A stretch of DNA of 64,000 bases from Octopus vulgaris (GCA_951406725.2 OX597815.1:101246001-101310000), one strand, 5' to 3'; shown: positions 26,845-43,008, counted from the stretch's first letter. The notes: generated from the letters alone by a model not told the origin. Made by a program: numbers and translations.

Positions 26845-27235
26845 ATGGCGAGTCTTTGATCTCTCCCAGCTGAATCACTTTCACAACGGTGTAGGCATTC
26901 AACAAAAGATTGTTTTCAATAAGTTCACTTTTGATGTTGGCTTTAAACTTATCATCTTCCATGATTGGAAGTTCAACACCAGGGAAAAGAGCAGAAATGA
27001 TTCCATTAGATAACGGAAGATCAATTGAGGTTAATTTGGAAATGTTCATATCTTTCAAAGACAACAGTAAAATTTCTTCATCAGTCATACTTTGGAGATT
27101 TTCTTTTCTTCTTCCCAGCATATCTAAGGACAAAGACGAAGACTCCCAAGTCAAAATCATGGTGGTCCTGTTATGGTAGTTGCTGTGTGCGAGGTTATAT
27201 AATATGAAAAATTTTTTAGCTAAATGCCCATTATC
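26845..27235 (-). pseudogene. DNAH2: Axonemal dynein heavy chain (DNAH2-like) fragment, AAA1-AAA2 linker, frameshifted
   Basis: LAKK..LY.LA / (shifted frame) QQLP*QDHHDF.L....LRYAGKKKR / MTDEEILLLSLKDMNISKLTSIDLPL.NGIISALFPGVELP...KVIQL.E.KDSR; recalled DNAH2 has QQLSRQDHYDFGLRAL...LRYAGKKRR and DMNIAKLTSVD. Confidence 0.82.
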
Positions 27236-27272
27236 TGCTGAGCCAAAACAATCAAACAATTTGCATAGGGAA

Positions 27273-27309
<37 letters not shown>

Positions 27310-27310
<1 letters not shown>

Positions 27311-28147
27311 AAGTGCAATGGGTAAATTGTCACCATTTTATATTTTTAATTTCGCGCATGAGCATTGTTTGTTTTTGATTTTTTCGACTACACAGTATAG
27401 TAGGCACCGTCTGTGAGAAAAACAGCATCATGACGCAATTCACACTGCTATAAATTTGGAAGCGACATACAGTACTGCTTGGCATTCCCACCGGAAGCTT
27501 CAAAGCGAACTGTTAGCTTGCCGTGTTCCCAAAACATGTGCCGAAAGTGATACAAATCAAACATCCAGTCAACATCATGGTGTTTGGAGTAACCACTAGT
27601 GATGGCGAAGTTATGCCTCCATTCATCTTCCAACACGGCTTCAGTCACACCACGGAGGCCAACATCGAGTGCCTGGATCAGGTAGAGCTATCCTGCGTGA
27701 AGAGGATGGCTGCTGGAAGACCCTGTATCTGGCAACAGGACTCTGCACCATACCACACAAGCAGGAGAACCCAATCATGGCTGTCAGACAATTTCTGCGA
27801 GCACATCACTTCTAACATCTGGCCACATGACTCCTCAGACTGCAGCCTCCTTGATTATTACGTGTGGGGTGCAGTTGAGCGGGAAACCAACAAAACTCTT
27901 TGTAACACCAAAGATGAACTGAAGGCAAGGTTATGGCAGCATTCACCAACGTAAGCTTGAAAACCGCAAAGAAGAGCTGCAGTCGTCTGGAGGCCGTGGT
28001 TGAAACCAATGGCGATTTTATTAAATAAATTTACTCTTTAGAATTTATAGATACTTTTATGCAATCTTGGTAAATATATCTGTTAAAATGAAATGTCAGG
28101 GTTATTTTCATTTTTGCGTAATTTAGACGACAACATATTCACCGCAC

Positions 28148-28151
<4 letters not shown>
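27310..28151 (+). mobile_element. Internally deleted DD37D (maT-type) transposon
   Basis: ORF 27523-27954 KHPVNIMVFG...WQQDSAPYH...WPHDSSDCSLLDY with 37 residues between the last two D; imperfect TIRs (..GGTAAATTGTC / GACAACATATTCACCGCACCCTG) flanked by (GT)n. Confidence 0.88.
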
Positions 28152-28198
<47 letters not shown>

Positions 28199-28659
28199 TA
28201 TATATATATCTCAATGAATAAATATTCAAATAAGTATTTATATTTATATAGATATAGATATTATTACTATTATTCTGTTATGTCTGGGGAGGATCATTTT
28301 CTTTATGTGCCTTATAATTTAACACACTCATCGGTAAAATTTCCGCTTATTTTTTATTTTTATTTTCCTAAATTTTTCGTTGCGTCTTGCAACCTTTTCA
28401 ATAGTCTTGACTCTCTATTATTATTAACATTAAATAAATATATAACGATAATAATAACAATATTACTTAGAGTATTTTTGACCGTTATTTTTAGCAAGCT
28501 CGTACTTCGTGTAACATTAATTGTAATTATAAATGTATTATATATATATATGGGTACAGGACATCACCAACAGTAAACAACACGAAAAACTAAAACAAAT
28601 GAGTTCAATACGCAAACAACGAGAAAAACAAATGGAAAACAGGACAAGTAACATAAAGA

Positions 28660-28740
28660 ACGACCCTTCATCAGTTGTCGGCTGTCTATCTACTCCTCAT
28701 TTCGAGCATTGAACAACAAGATGAGTCTCCGAAGACAGTT
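28660..28740 (-). ncRNA. Candidate hammerhead ribozyme, non-circularly permuted (copy E1)
   Basis: Minus strand: CUGUCU..CUCAU-C-UUGUUG..GCUC-GAA-AUGAG..AGACAG-C-CGACAA-CUGAUGA-A-GGGU; stem III CUCAU/AUGAG, AUC triplet, stem I UUGUUG/CGACAA, stem II GCUC/GGGU. Confidence 0.7.
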
Positions 28741-28957
28741 GTTCCCATAAGTACCAATTTTTCAATTGTAAATTTAACCGGAATATATTCAGTGCTGAAT
28801 TTTTATTCTGAGTAAACACGTGTATCGAGATGCAATTCGAAAAGCCCGCCTTTTACATAGATATATAAGTGTGAACAATTCTATCTACTATGCTGGATAC
28901 ATTTGGTGTTCGTCTGGTATGTTGGTTTTTGTTCATTTTTATGTGTCTTGAATTATG

Positions 28958-29019
28958 CTTGCACTGACGATTAAAAAGTGCATTTTGTGCACTAATTATG
29001 AAATCATATGATTTGCGGC
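28958..29019 (+). ncRNA. Candidate type I hammerhead ribozyme
   Basis: GCA-CUGACGA (28964-70), stem II AGUGCAU/GUGCACU, GAAA (29000-3), palindromic AUCAUAUGAU, AUU triplet, UGC. Confidence 0.5.
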
Positions 29020-29149
29020 TGAATTCTGATTTTAAAATGCTCGCTTCGAGAGTTGCATTTCCTCGCGTTCGGTACAATGTGTTTATTTATCATGGTATTT
29101 TTCACTTTAAGAGTCTCTCCTAGCGTGAGGCATTTATGTATAGTAATGC

Positions 29150-29202
<53 letters not shown>

Positions 29203-29240
29203 TATATATATATATATATATACGTATGTATGTATGTATG

Positions 29241-29302
<62 letters not shown>

Positions 29303-29307
29303 GTGAA

Positions 29308-29640
29308 GGCGCGTGGCTCAGTGGTTAGAGCGTCGAGCTTACGATCGTGAGGTTGTGAGCTCGAATCCCGGACCGGGCTGCGTGTTGTGTTCTTGAGCAA
29401 GACACTTTATTTCACGTTGCTCCAGTTCACTCAGCTGTAGAAATGAGTTGCGACGTCACAGGTGCCAAGCTGTATCAGCCCTTGCCTTTCCCTTGGACAA
29501 CATCGGTGACGTGGAGAGGGGAGGCCGGTATGCATGGGCGACTGCTGGTCTTCCATGAAAGAACCTTGCCCAGACTTGTGCCTCAGAGAGTAACTCTCTA
29601 GGTGCAAACCATGGTCAGTATCTGACCGAAGGGGGTCACT
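29308..29640 (+). mobile_element. SINE family 3, tail type B, inserted in (TA)n
   Basis: GGCGCGTGGCTCAGTGG...TCGAATCCC Pol III boxes and GTGTTCTTGAGCAAGACACTT domain. Confidence 0.88.
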
Positions 29641-29643
29641 ATA

Positions 29644-29674
<31 letters not shown>

Positions 29675-29799
29675 TCATATTAAGGGCATTACTACACGTA
29701 AATGCCTCATGTTATGAGGGACTCTTAAAATCAAAACTACCATAATAAATACAGTGTACCGAATGCAACTCTTGAAGCGAACTCTTAAAAACAGATTCA

Positions 29800-29862
29800 G
29801 CTGCAAATCATATGATTTCAGAGTTAGTATACAAAATACACTTTCTAATCGTCAGTGCAGGC
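29800..29862 (-). ncRNA. Candidate type I hammerhead ribozyme (inverted paralog of 28958-29019)
   Basis: Minus strand: CUGCA-CUGACGA..AGUGUA/UAUACU..GAAAUCAUAUGAUU-UGCAG; perfect 5-bp stem I. Confidence 0.55.
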
Positions 29863-30389
29863 ATAATCAAGATACATAAAAATGAACAAAAAAAAAAATC
29901 AACATACCAGACGAACACCAAATGTATCCAGCATAGTACATAGAGCTGTTCACTCTTATATTCAACTGGAATAGATTCAGTGCTGAATTATTCTGAACAT
30001 ACACGTGTAGTGAGATGCAATTCATAAGGCCTGCCTCTTACATAGATATATTATCCCTGAATTCCTTTTCAAACCCTAAGTACAAGAATTCCACTACTTT
30101 AGCGGCATATATAAATAAACGTAGGGATTATAACTTGCCTTACGACCTAACATACGACCATAATTGTGAGGGTTCTCCCATATGGTAATAGTTCAAACAG
30201 GTGTTTATTGTGTGTAAGGGAATCGTATATAATACTTAAATTATATAACGCTAATATGTTAAATAAATTTTCAGATGCAATCCTTCCTGCAGTCATAAAT
30301 TTCACTCAACATTTCTGAAAACCTATAAAATTAGGTATACTCGATAATTGAATTAGAATTATGTTGTAGTTATAATTATGTCAGCTATA

Positions 30390-30703
30390 CCAATCCTCGA
30401 ACTGGACGGCACTGCATCAACGAGAAGAATACCCGCCGTCAGGCCTCATAATCTGGACGTCTTGCTTCCTTGGACAGAGGCGCATAAAAACTCCAACGTC
30501 TGGGAACTGACTTGGCGGACAACCACAAGATCTTTCCAACCATCTTTCCAACAACAACCTTGGGCGCCTTGTTTTGAATTCCATACGTCAAACACACGTG
30601 GACATGCTTACAAGGTCAGAAAACAACACATTATTTTCGGAAACATTTTTTTTTAACGCTCAGAATTGCTGAAGTATGGAATAAACTACCTGCATCAGTT
30701 GTT
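30390..30703 (+). mobile_element. CR1-clade LINE 3' fragment
   Basis: NTRGHAYKVRKQH...RKHFF..R....WNKLPASVV, the CR1 ORF2 C-terminal motifs. Confidence 0.8.
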
Positions 30704-30782
30704 TCAGTTACTTTGTTCTGGTGAGTTGTAGTGAAACTGAGCACTGTATGTATACAATAAGTTCATTTTTATATACATTACA

Positions 30783-31460
30783 AAGGCGGCGGGTGGTAGA
30801 ATCGTTAGCGCGCTGGATAAAATGCTTAGCGGTATTTCGTCCGTCGCTACGTTCTGAGTTCAAATTCCGCCGAGGTCGACGTTATCCTTCATCCTTTCTA
30901 GGTTGATAAATTAAGTACCAGTGAAATACTGGGGTCGATGTAATCGGCTTATCCCCACCCTAAAATGTCTGAAACCATTATATACGATACAAAGAATTAT
31001 TATCGTTTATCGTTAAAAAGGCGGTGAGCTAGTAGAAACGTTAGCACACTGGGTGAAATGCTTAGCGGTATTTCGTCTGTCTTTACGTTCTGAGTTCAAA
31101 TTCCGCCGAGGTCGACTTTGCCTTTCATCCTTTCGGGGTCGATAAAGTAAGTACTAGTTACGTACTGGATCGATCAAATCGAATGGTCTCCTCTCCCAAA
31201 ATTTCGGGCCTTGTGCCTAGAATAGAAAAGATTATGTATTGTTATAAGGCGGTGAGTTGGCAGAATTGTTAGCACGCCGGTATTTCGTCTGTCGCTACGT
31301 TCTGAGTTCAAATTTCGCCAAGATCGACCTAGCCTTTGATCCTCTCGTGTTCGATAAATTAAGTACCAGTGAAACACTGGGATCGATGTAATCGACTGAT
31401 CCCCTCCCCCAAAATGGCTGCCCTTATGGCAAAATTTGAAACCATTATTGTGGCAAAATT
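30783..31460 (+). mobile_element. Three tandem SINE family 2 copies
   Basis: Heads at about 30783, 31019 and 31246, same orientation. Confidence 0.85.
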
Positions 31461-32157
31461 TGAAACTGTTTACAACAGGTACTAAACGCTATGAACACAT
31501 TTCCTCCTTTTGTCCCAACTTAACATTACATTGAGTTCTGTCCATGATCGATAGAATATGGTTTCTTTTTCGAGGCACCATACCTTCCAGTCAATTTTTA
31601 GAAGTGCCAGAAGTTCAGAGCTTTATTCCTGGAGACGCGCCTACTATCTTTATTCTTACTACCCTAGAATCAACATAGACAGGAGTGGGTACCAATTCGT
31701 CGCTCTTTAGGGTTATTGTGAAGTTCTTCTTGATCGCCTCCTCTTCTGGAACTATCACCTCTACTGTACTATATTTCTTCCCCTAGCGAAGTACGTTTTG
31801 GAAGCCCAGATGGATCTGAGACCTTTTTCTACTTGCTGCTGTGTCCCCTAATCTATTTTCCGACTTTCGGTTCATATCGTTTTACAAACAACAATTTTGA
31901 GACTGGTTACTTTCTAGATAGGTTCTTGTATGTTAAAAGCTATGTTTCGTCCAGACCTCTTAAAGATGTTTTTCGCATTTAAAAAAAATCCCTCTGACGA
32001 TAAAATAATTTTTTCTATCTGGTAGACGGAGACAGCGAACTCGCCTATGCTAGATTTGCAAGTCGTAGTCTGTTGCTTTTGTTGTGTTGGTATTAATGGT
32101 GGCATTGTCGGCAGAGGTGTGATTTACAAGTTTGTTGAAGTGATAATTTAATAGCAT

Positions 32158-32525
32158 GTCGTCGAGCTGGCAGAATTGTTAGCACGCCGGGCGAAATGCG
32201 TAGCCGTATTTCGTCTGCCGATCGTTTTGAGTTCAAATTCCGCCGGGGTCGACTTTGCCTTTCATCCTTTCGAGGTCGATAAATTAAGTACCAGTTACGC
32301 ACTGGGGATCGATATAATCGACTTAATCCGTTTGTCTGTCCTTGTTTGTCCTCTCTGTGTTTAGCCCCTTGTGGGTATTAAAGAAATAGGTACTTCATCC
32401 GTCCTTCTCTTTATGTTTTGAGTTCAAATTTCTCGAAGTCGACGTTGCCTTTCATCCTTTCGATAGTATAAGTGCCAATTGACTGGCCCCATCTCCTGAA
32501 CTTGTGCCAAAATTTGAAACCAATA
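32158..32525 (+). mobile_element. SINE family 2 dimer
   Basis: A long-tail copy followed directly by a 5'-truncated short-tail copy. Confidence 0.8.
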
Positions 32526-34562
32526 TTTTGTTCTTCATTCTCATATTGTAGTTTCTTTTGCTATTTTTATTGTAGTTGCCATTATCTTGTTCTTTTCATT
32601 TCCTTGTTGTTGTTGTTGTTGTTGTTGTGTCACTCGGCATTTGTTGGAGTGAGTGGTAGTGGTTGTGGTGGTGCTTTGTTTTAAATGTGGGAACGAAGCG
32701 TCAACAAGAGTTCTTCCAATTTCTAATACCACTTTACTGATTTTTATTTGACACCATACTTTCTCAAAAGAGATAAGTAAATTCTTCAAAACTGACCCCA
32801 AATTCCGCCTTGAAGAGCGAAAATACAATGGGGCTGAGCAGCTTCTCACAACCTTTGGCGTTTTACTTGACACAGAATAAAAATTTTGAATACATATCTT
32901 TGAAAGGCTGCTAAAATAAAATAAAACAAAACTTACGAATTACTCGGAGCGATATGTTGCTGATATCAGTAACCCTCAGCACCACCATCGCTGCCACCTC
33001 CCCCGCTCCACCGCCATCACCGTTGCCACCACCATCGTCATCACCACCACACTATCACAACAAAAACAATAACAGTAAAAATTAACAAAAAAGTAAAAAC
33101 ACTAAAAACAAAAAATACTACAATATCGAGAATGGGGTTAATAAATTTCTATCTCTCAGTAGTTATCTGGAAACAACAGCCAAATCTCACACAACGGTCA
33201 TAAGTTAAAAGGAGAATTCATTGTGTAATTTAGATATAATTTCAGTAAAAAGCAAAAAGCAATGAAATGGTCACGGCTGGAAGGCATTTGTTAATATGCC
33301 TCTTGAATCAAGATTAACCTGGGGCCAAACAACAACAACAACAACAACAAAAATAGCAACGAAAAATACGATTTAGTCTTAAATTCACTGTCTAAAATAT
33401 TAACAGGATAGTCTCATCTGGAACGTCTTCCTCCACCCTCACCCCTATCATCATCGTCGTTGTCGTCGTCGTCGTGGTCATCATTATCATCATCATCATC
33501 AAATATGCTCCAGCATGGACATAACTACAATCGTTTGAACATTCCAACCTCGTAAATAACTAAATGTATTTAAGCTTTGTGAACGTTTTTGTTAGAAAAC
33601 TTTGCCTGTGTTTCCGTGTTACTATAATTAAATCTTAAGTATCTGGTAATTAATCGTTAAGTTCCCCTCACAAAGCGTCTACTGATGTGGGGCACGATGA
33701 TAATGATGATGATGACGATGACGACGACGATGATGACGCCGACGATGATGATGAGGATAATGATGATGATAATGTTGTTGCTACTGTTGTCATTGTTAAT
33801 GTTGTTGAGAATTGTCCGTGTAAGTGTCAGCCAGTCTCTTTTAGCCATTAATGAATGTCAAAACTACGAATCTTTCCTTTACATAGACATAGTTGTCCTT
33901 GGGAACATTTGCGGTAACTTGGACACTAACAAAGCTTATATGCTGATCTATTCCACAAACTCTATTCATTATGTTTAGTACGATGACACTAACTTCACCG
34001 TCTTTTCCCGCGCGGTCTGAATCCTTGGGTAATTTCTGTCAGTTAGTATGATAATTATTGGCGCCTTAGCCTCGCGATCATAAGGTTCTAGGTTCCATTC
34101 CTGGACCAGACTGCATGTTGTGTTCACGTTGCTCCAGTTTACTCAACTGAAATTATGTACAAGGTGACTGGTGGTGCAACCTTCTCTCCCTCCAGCTTTT
34201 CTGTCCTCGATGATCTGCTGGTGCATACATGGAAAGGCCGAGAGCGTCTTTTTTCACGACTATCTGAGCACCTAAAATAGTTAGCGAAAGCGTTTGCGAG
34301 TGACAACTATATCTATGCCTAATAGTGAAAATATAGTGCAGAAACATAATGATTCTCTTATTACTAATCTAGCATGGCAGGTATAAAGAAAGTTATGTCT
34401 TGCCGAGGATTTCTAATAAAATAGAAGTAGGTGATGAGTTGTCAAGGGTGGGTTACATTATACTAGTCAATAAGCTAATTTTTTCTTCTCTTCGCCGCAT
34501 AAGTATTGTTCATTAGGTTTCTTTTCCTCTCGATTTTATGTATGATGGCCCTAGTTAGTTAC

Positions 34563-34848
34563 TGGCACTTGCGACGACAAAGGTTCCAATTGATCTGATT
34601 AACGGGACAGCCTGATTGTAAAATTAACGTGCAAGTGGCTGAGCACTGTATAGGCACGCATACTCTTAACTTAGTTCTCAAGGAGATTCAGCGTGGCACA
34701 AAATATAACTAGATTGGCTCTTTCAGTTACAAGTACAACATTTTTGCCAGCTGAGTGGACTGGAGCCACGTAAAATAAAGTGTCTTGTTCAACGATATAT
34801 CGCGCCGCCGGGAATCGAACTCATGACCTTACGATCGTGAGCTGAATA
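34563..34848 (-). mobile_element. SINE family 3, tail type A, head truncated
   Basis: Colinear with 1352-1673. Confidence 0.8.
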
Positions 34849-34970
34849 CAAGCCTGTTATCACAGGTTGTCTGGAAGTTCTGGCTATTCTTCACTATCAG
34901 TTATCATTAAACATTAAAGAAATTCTCCTTAGAGACAATATACTTAACACTGAAGACGTGGTCTTGTCTA

Positions 34971-35145
34971 CAGAGGAGTAGTCACGTTCTAAAGTTAGGG
35001 AGAGCGAGCACATAAAAAAAAAAGGCGCCGTGACACTTACCAAACAATTTTAACTCCTTTCTCAGCTGCTGAAAAGGCGCCAATTTTGAAAAAAGTGCTC
35101 GGCGGCAACGGTCGCTTCTCTTGCTCCCTGTTAGCTACGCCACTG
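34971..35145. mobile_element. Possible hAT-type MITE
   Basis: Right end TAGCTACGCCACTG, degenerate left end CAGAGGAGTAGTCA; 8-bp flanks CTTGTCTA/CTTTTCTC match at 6 of 8. Confidence 0.45.
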
Positions 35146-35807
35146 CTTTTCTCTATTGGCAATAGCTGAAAGATGGTAATTCCCTTCGTAAATGTACAGT
35201 CATTCGTGTTTATGAACATTCGTTCAATTTAAATGTACTCAGGTTAAATTCTGAGGAAAATGAGAGTACCCAAGTGTCTGGTTACAATGATAATACAATA
35301 AAAAGGAACTAAAAAAACAAAACAATCAACACTCTTGATATTGGGAGCAATATTTCCAACAGGTCTGTTGTGACATCAAAGTCTATTTGAAAAGAAAAAA
35401 TTAATATTAGAAAACATAGATTATTTACCGTAAGGTTTTGTGCAGCCTTGACACACACACACACGAATTTAAAGAGTAAACAACATACAAAGTAAAACGT
35501 CTGAAACAGATGGCACTTGAATTGATGTTTTGCTGATATTTGATAAATCTTAAATACTGTCGTGGGTGCAACATTGAGGTTTGTTTTATTTTTGTTGAGA
35601 ACATATGTAGTTAAAGATTTTTTCGTTCCAGCAAATTCGAACTAGGAATCTGTTAGCAAAAATATTGATACTGCGTTCGATAAAAAGATAAAACAAACTA
35701 CAAAAGCAATGCAATAGCGGAACTAAAGAAAATATCTGATATAGATATTGTTGAGTAAATATAAGTAAAACAAACAAGCAAAAATAATTGAATCCCGAAG
35801 TTATATA

Positions 35808-36039
35808 TATTTCTTTACTACCCACAAGGGGCTAAACACAGAGGGTACAAACAAGGACAGACAAAGGGATTAAGTCGATTACATGGTCCCCAGTGCGTAA
35901 CTGGTACTTAATTTATCGACTCCGAAAGGATGAAAGGCAAAGTCGACCTCGGTGGAATTTGAACTCGGAACGTAACGACAGACGAAATACCGCTAAGCAT
36001 TTCGCCCGGCGTGCTAACGTTTCTGCCAGCTCGCCGCCT
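35808..36039 (-). mobile_element. SINE family 2 (long tail)
   Basis: Full length; TSD CCCGAAGTTATA. Confidence 0.88.
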
Positions 36040-36531
36040 TTTCCCGAAGTTATAACCATTCAATTTTGGGTTTGATTCTAGGTCTAGTATATAGACCAAA
36101 TGTCTTCTACCGAAGCTTCGAGTCAACCAAAGACTCATGATTGAATTTTGATTAAAGGAAGCCGTGTGAAAGCCTGTTGCAGATGCATATTGTTTTATTG
36201 TGTAACTTTAAAAATCAACCCGGATTAACACCACCGCTTGACCTTGTGTTCCATTAGCTAAGTCTAACTCTGTTGCAGGCATACAGGCCATGGAGCCAAT
36301 CTGAAGTTATCTTCTTTTCTTCCTCTCACCATTCTTAACGTTTCTCCTTTAACAAAACAATAAAAAGTAAACGGTCGATTGAGTCGCATCTAAACACTGA
36401 TTTTATGTTGTATATCGTTGTTTTATCAAACAACAAACGATGACTAAATACTAATTAATTGCGGTTTTCAGTAAAAAGAATATAAATTATCATCACACAC
36501 TTCATATAAATAATTTTATAATTCACAAACA

Positions 36532-36614
<83 letters not shown>

Positions 36615-36679
36615 GCACACATACATACGAGTAAGTAGACAAGTGAAAGAAAGAGGCACTTAATACATGTGGAGGGGGT

Positions 36680-37632
36680 ACACACAATTGCTTCTCGTTC
36701 GTGGAGGAGTTTTACCAACATCATCGGGATTGACCATGGGAACAAGAATGGGCCCCATTTATGCAAACCTGTTCTTTGGCTATGTTGAGCCCCAAATATT
36801 CTCACAATTCTCTGGCCCACTCACTAGCTATATGGTCGTTATATCATGACTTTATCGGCGCAACTTCACTCTCCCGCGAACATCCAGACTCTTTCTTTGT
36901 CCAATTCTTCTATCCTGCTCTCGAATTCTCCTGTATTGTTTCTAACTCTTCCCTCGAATTTCTCGACATTTCTGTCAACATACACCACTCCGCTCACACC
37001 ACTCTGTCCACTACAAATACACTGATTCATATTACTACCTTAATTTCTCCACCTCCCACCTTACCAAGCACTCCATCCGCCTCTCTCAATTTCTCTGTCT
37101 ACTCAGGCTCTGTAATGACGACCATGACTTTGAGAATCAGTCTCAACTCATAGCTCGCCACTTCACCCTACGTTGATTATCCCCTCATCATTATTCACAC
37201 TGCCCTTGTCCGGGCACGATCTGTGGACCGTGTCTCTGTTCTTTCTCTTCGCTCCCATCCCATCCCACCCTTACCCATCTCCCGTTTCCCCATCACTTAC
37301 CACCCATTCACCCCCCACCAACGTACCATTCTCCGAGCTGTCCAATCCCTCCACCTCGTACATCTTCCCTAACCTACTCCTTCCCTTCTTCAAACGAACC
37401 CGTGACCTGCGTGACCTCCTGGTGCACAGTTTCTTTCCTGCCCCTGCCTCTCAGTCTGGCTCCTTCCCCTGCTCTCGCCCACGCCGTCGCATCTGCCCCT
37501 ACCTCTCCAACACCACTATCCTCACTGACATCCATCACCGTCCCTATCACGTCACCGACTCCTTTACCTGCACCTCCAGTAACGTTATTTATTGCATCTC
37601 CTGCTCTCTTTGTCCTTCTCTGTACATTGGTT
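36680..37632 (+). mobile_element. Penelope-like element fragment (RT + start of GIY-YIG endonuclease), decayed
   Basis: GLTMGTRMGPIYANLFFGYVE (PLE RT motif), LEFLDISV, RDLRDLLVHS, C..PR..C linker and FTCTSSNVIYCISCSLCPSLYIG across frameshifts. Confidence 0.9.
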
Positions 37633-38934
37633 AAACATCCGTCTGTGTTCGGACTGTCTCTGTTTAGGGGCCATCCATTGGCAGTGGAAGAGAATATCTA
37701 TCACAAACAGAATGTAACCAGAAAATTAATGAGTTGGATATATTATATCTGGTGACCAATCAAACAGCTCGATTCTCTCAGCATTTAAAGTAAAATATGC
37801 TATTATTGAAACTTTGAAATTTGCTTTTGAACTTTTCTTGTAAGAAATAGTAAAAGTTGGCGACCAACCAAACAGCTCAATTTCAAAGGTAACTGAAATA
37901 TCTTAGAAAGGGAGTAGTGAAACGATACCGAAATCAAGTTGAAAGTCGGCTGTCACACTTTGAAGATAGTTGCATATTTTATTGCTGGTCATTAACTGCC
38001 CGCCAAACTAACTCACTGTTAGCTGTAAAATCCAACATTAGAATTAATAATGACCATTTGATCACTCCTTTTTAATGTTCAAACATATAATAAGATCATC
38101 GATTAAAGCAAAAATAATATGTGCTGCTGTGGTCTCAAAGCCGTTGCTCCATCTGTCAGAAAAGGCTGCCATGTCTCCTTTAAAGCACATCAAACCGCCT
38201 TTAATAAACATCTATAGATTGGACAACGAAATGCGAAATACGCAAAAACATAGAATGGTCAGGGATGGGATACTTTTCATCCTAAATCTGCTTGACCAGA
38301 GATGGCATGGGACTAAACAGTAACAAAAAGACCCGAAAACAGCAACAAATGTACGAAATAATCAGAATAACTATAGTGTCCATCCAAATGTAAATTTATA
38401 ATTACTATCTTTTTCACTGATTTTGAATGAAATATTCACATCCGTTAGACAGAAACACTAAACGGCTAATAGCAAGAAAAATGTCTAAAAACGGGATAAT
38501 TTCCATACGTCCTCAGTTAAACCTTCGACGAACTGCCCTAGTCTTAGCAGTTAACGTAACATGGATTGAGTGATTTCAAAATTATTTCATTTATCCCTTT
38601 ATTTGTCTCTCTATCCCCACAAGACATGTATAGCTCTGCCTCTCTTTCCCCTTTATTCTCACTGTAAAGGAACATAACTAAAAGCTGTTTGACAATGGAA
38701 GATCCTCTACGTTTTCAATGAACGTTATAAACAAACAAAAACAAAAGCAGAAGAGCGGTCAAATCCCATTGAAATCACACTCACCACCACGAAAAGGAAG
38801 AAATCACATTGAATAATGTAGTCCTAAATGCACTATTGCTGAACATAAGGCGGAATGGATGACCTTTCATCAGAAAACCTTTCATCAGAGGTTGAACTAA
38901 TAGACAACAGCAACATAAGTCTCCCCCTTCCCCT

Positions 38935-39330
38935 CCCAATCCAAACAGATCAAGTGCTGGAGCATAACTGACCGGACCTGGTGATAGTCAACAAGATGCA
39001 CCACATGTACCATATAATTGATGTTCCGTGCCCCTTTGGCCCACGAATAGTCAAGAAGGAAGGCGAAAATAAATAAATACAACCCTCTTAAGTACGAAAT
39101 AGCCCGGCTGGGGACAGTATCAGAAGGCACCAAGAGGAATATAAAGGAAATCGGAATAGAGGGCCCAGTAGAACTGTTACAAAAGTTTTGCCTCCTTGGC
39201 ACGGCCAGAATAACCAGGAAAGTATTAGATAATTGAAAAGAACAGATAGCATGGAACCGTAAGCTGCAGGCAGCAAGCTCACTGCGCATTCAAGACTCCA
39301 GGAGTTCCAACAAAACCTGAGATAGAAAGA

Positions 39331-39332
<2 letters not shown>
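38935..39332 (+). mobile_element. R4/Dong-clade 3' fragment, decayed
   Basis: IQTDQVLEHN*PDLVIV, IIDV.CPF, LLGTARI.RKVLDN*; 3' UTR then (AAT)n. Confidence 0.8.
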
Positions 39333-39402
<70 letters not shown>

Positions 39403-39407
39403 AATAA

Positions 39408-42449
<3,042 letters not shown>

Positions 42450-42450
<1 letters not shown>

Positions 42451-43008
42451 ATGCCCTGATGCAGTACCATGCAGTGGCTCTCGTGACTTCTGATCTTAAC
42501 TGATTAGAAGTGTTATCATGTACATTGTTTAGTCTTGGTATAAAAGATGGGCTACAGCAAATATTCTGCTCAATGCCACAGATTTGCTTGTCAGTTGTTT
42601 GATCTTAACCAGTTGAGCAGGTTCCTTAGTAGCTGACGATATGTGCGTCTCTGACCACGAGCAGAAGTAGTGGGGGAGCATCGTAGGCATGTGTTGAGAG
42701 GGATCCTTTGGGGTTTGAATAATTTCCCTCTGGAAACATGGTTGTTTCATTCAATATCCTTAAACAACCGTTATTCAGGGACCTTTTGAGCGGATGGGTT
42801 ACTCGACCAGAAGAAAATTTTAACTGGGCCCCACTTGCGAGGTCATGTGCTGTTTATCTTGATATGAGATCCCCATGTCGCGCATATATGGTTGTGATGC
42901 ATGTGCCTAGTGTACCCTTATCAGGCGGGTAGTCATAATGGGTATATTGGGGTTTGTATATTTTACCCCAGTGTCACTTTGATGGCATGCACTGCTCTCT
43001 CACTCAAT
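42450..43008. mobile_element. About 560-bp non-coding interspersed repeat associated with (TAA)n
   Basis: Second diverged copy at 57605-58390; both end CTCTCTCACTC-AATAA. Confidence 0.7.

Noticed and set aside
26747-27259. 170-aa ORF as a functional dynein exon
   Set aside because: The ORF changes frame relative to dynein, the homologous frame contains a stop, and the ORF's tail is Helitron sequence.
28355-28412. Minus-strand UUGAAAA-G-GUUGC..GCAAC-GAAA hammerhead look-alike
   Set aside because: Two core substitutions and at most a 3-bp stem I.
29308-29380. tRNA-like sequence
   Set aside because: SINE head: it has A and B boxes but continues into the SINE body and lacks a convincing acceptor stem.
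42630-42750. CUGACGA plus a downstream GAAAC hairpin in the 560-bp repeat
   Set aside because: No stem I or II, and the second copy reads CUGACGG.
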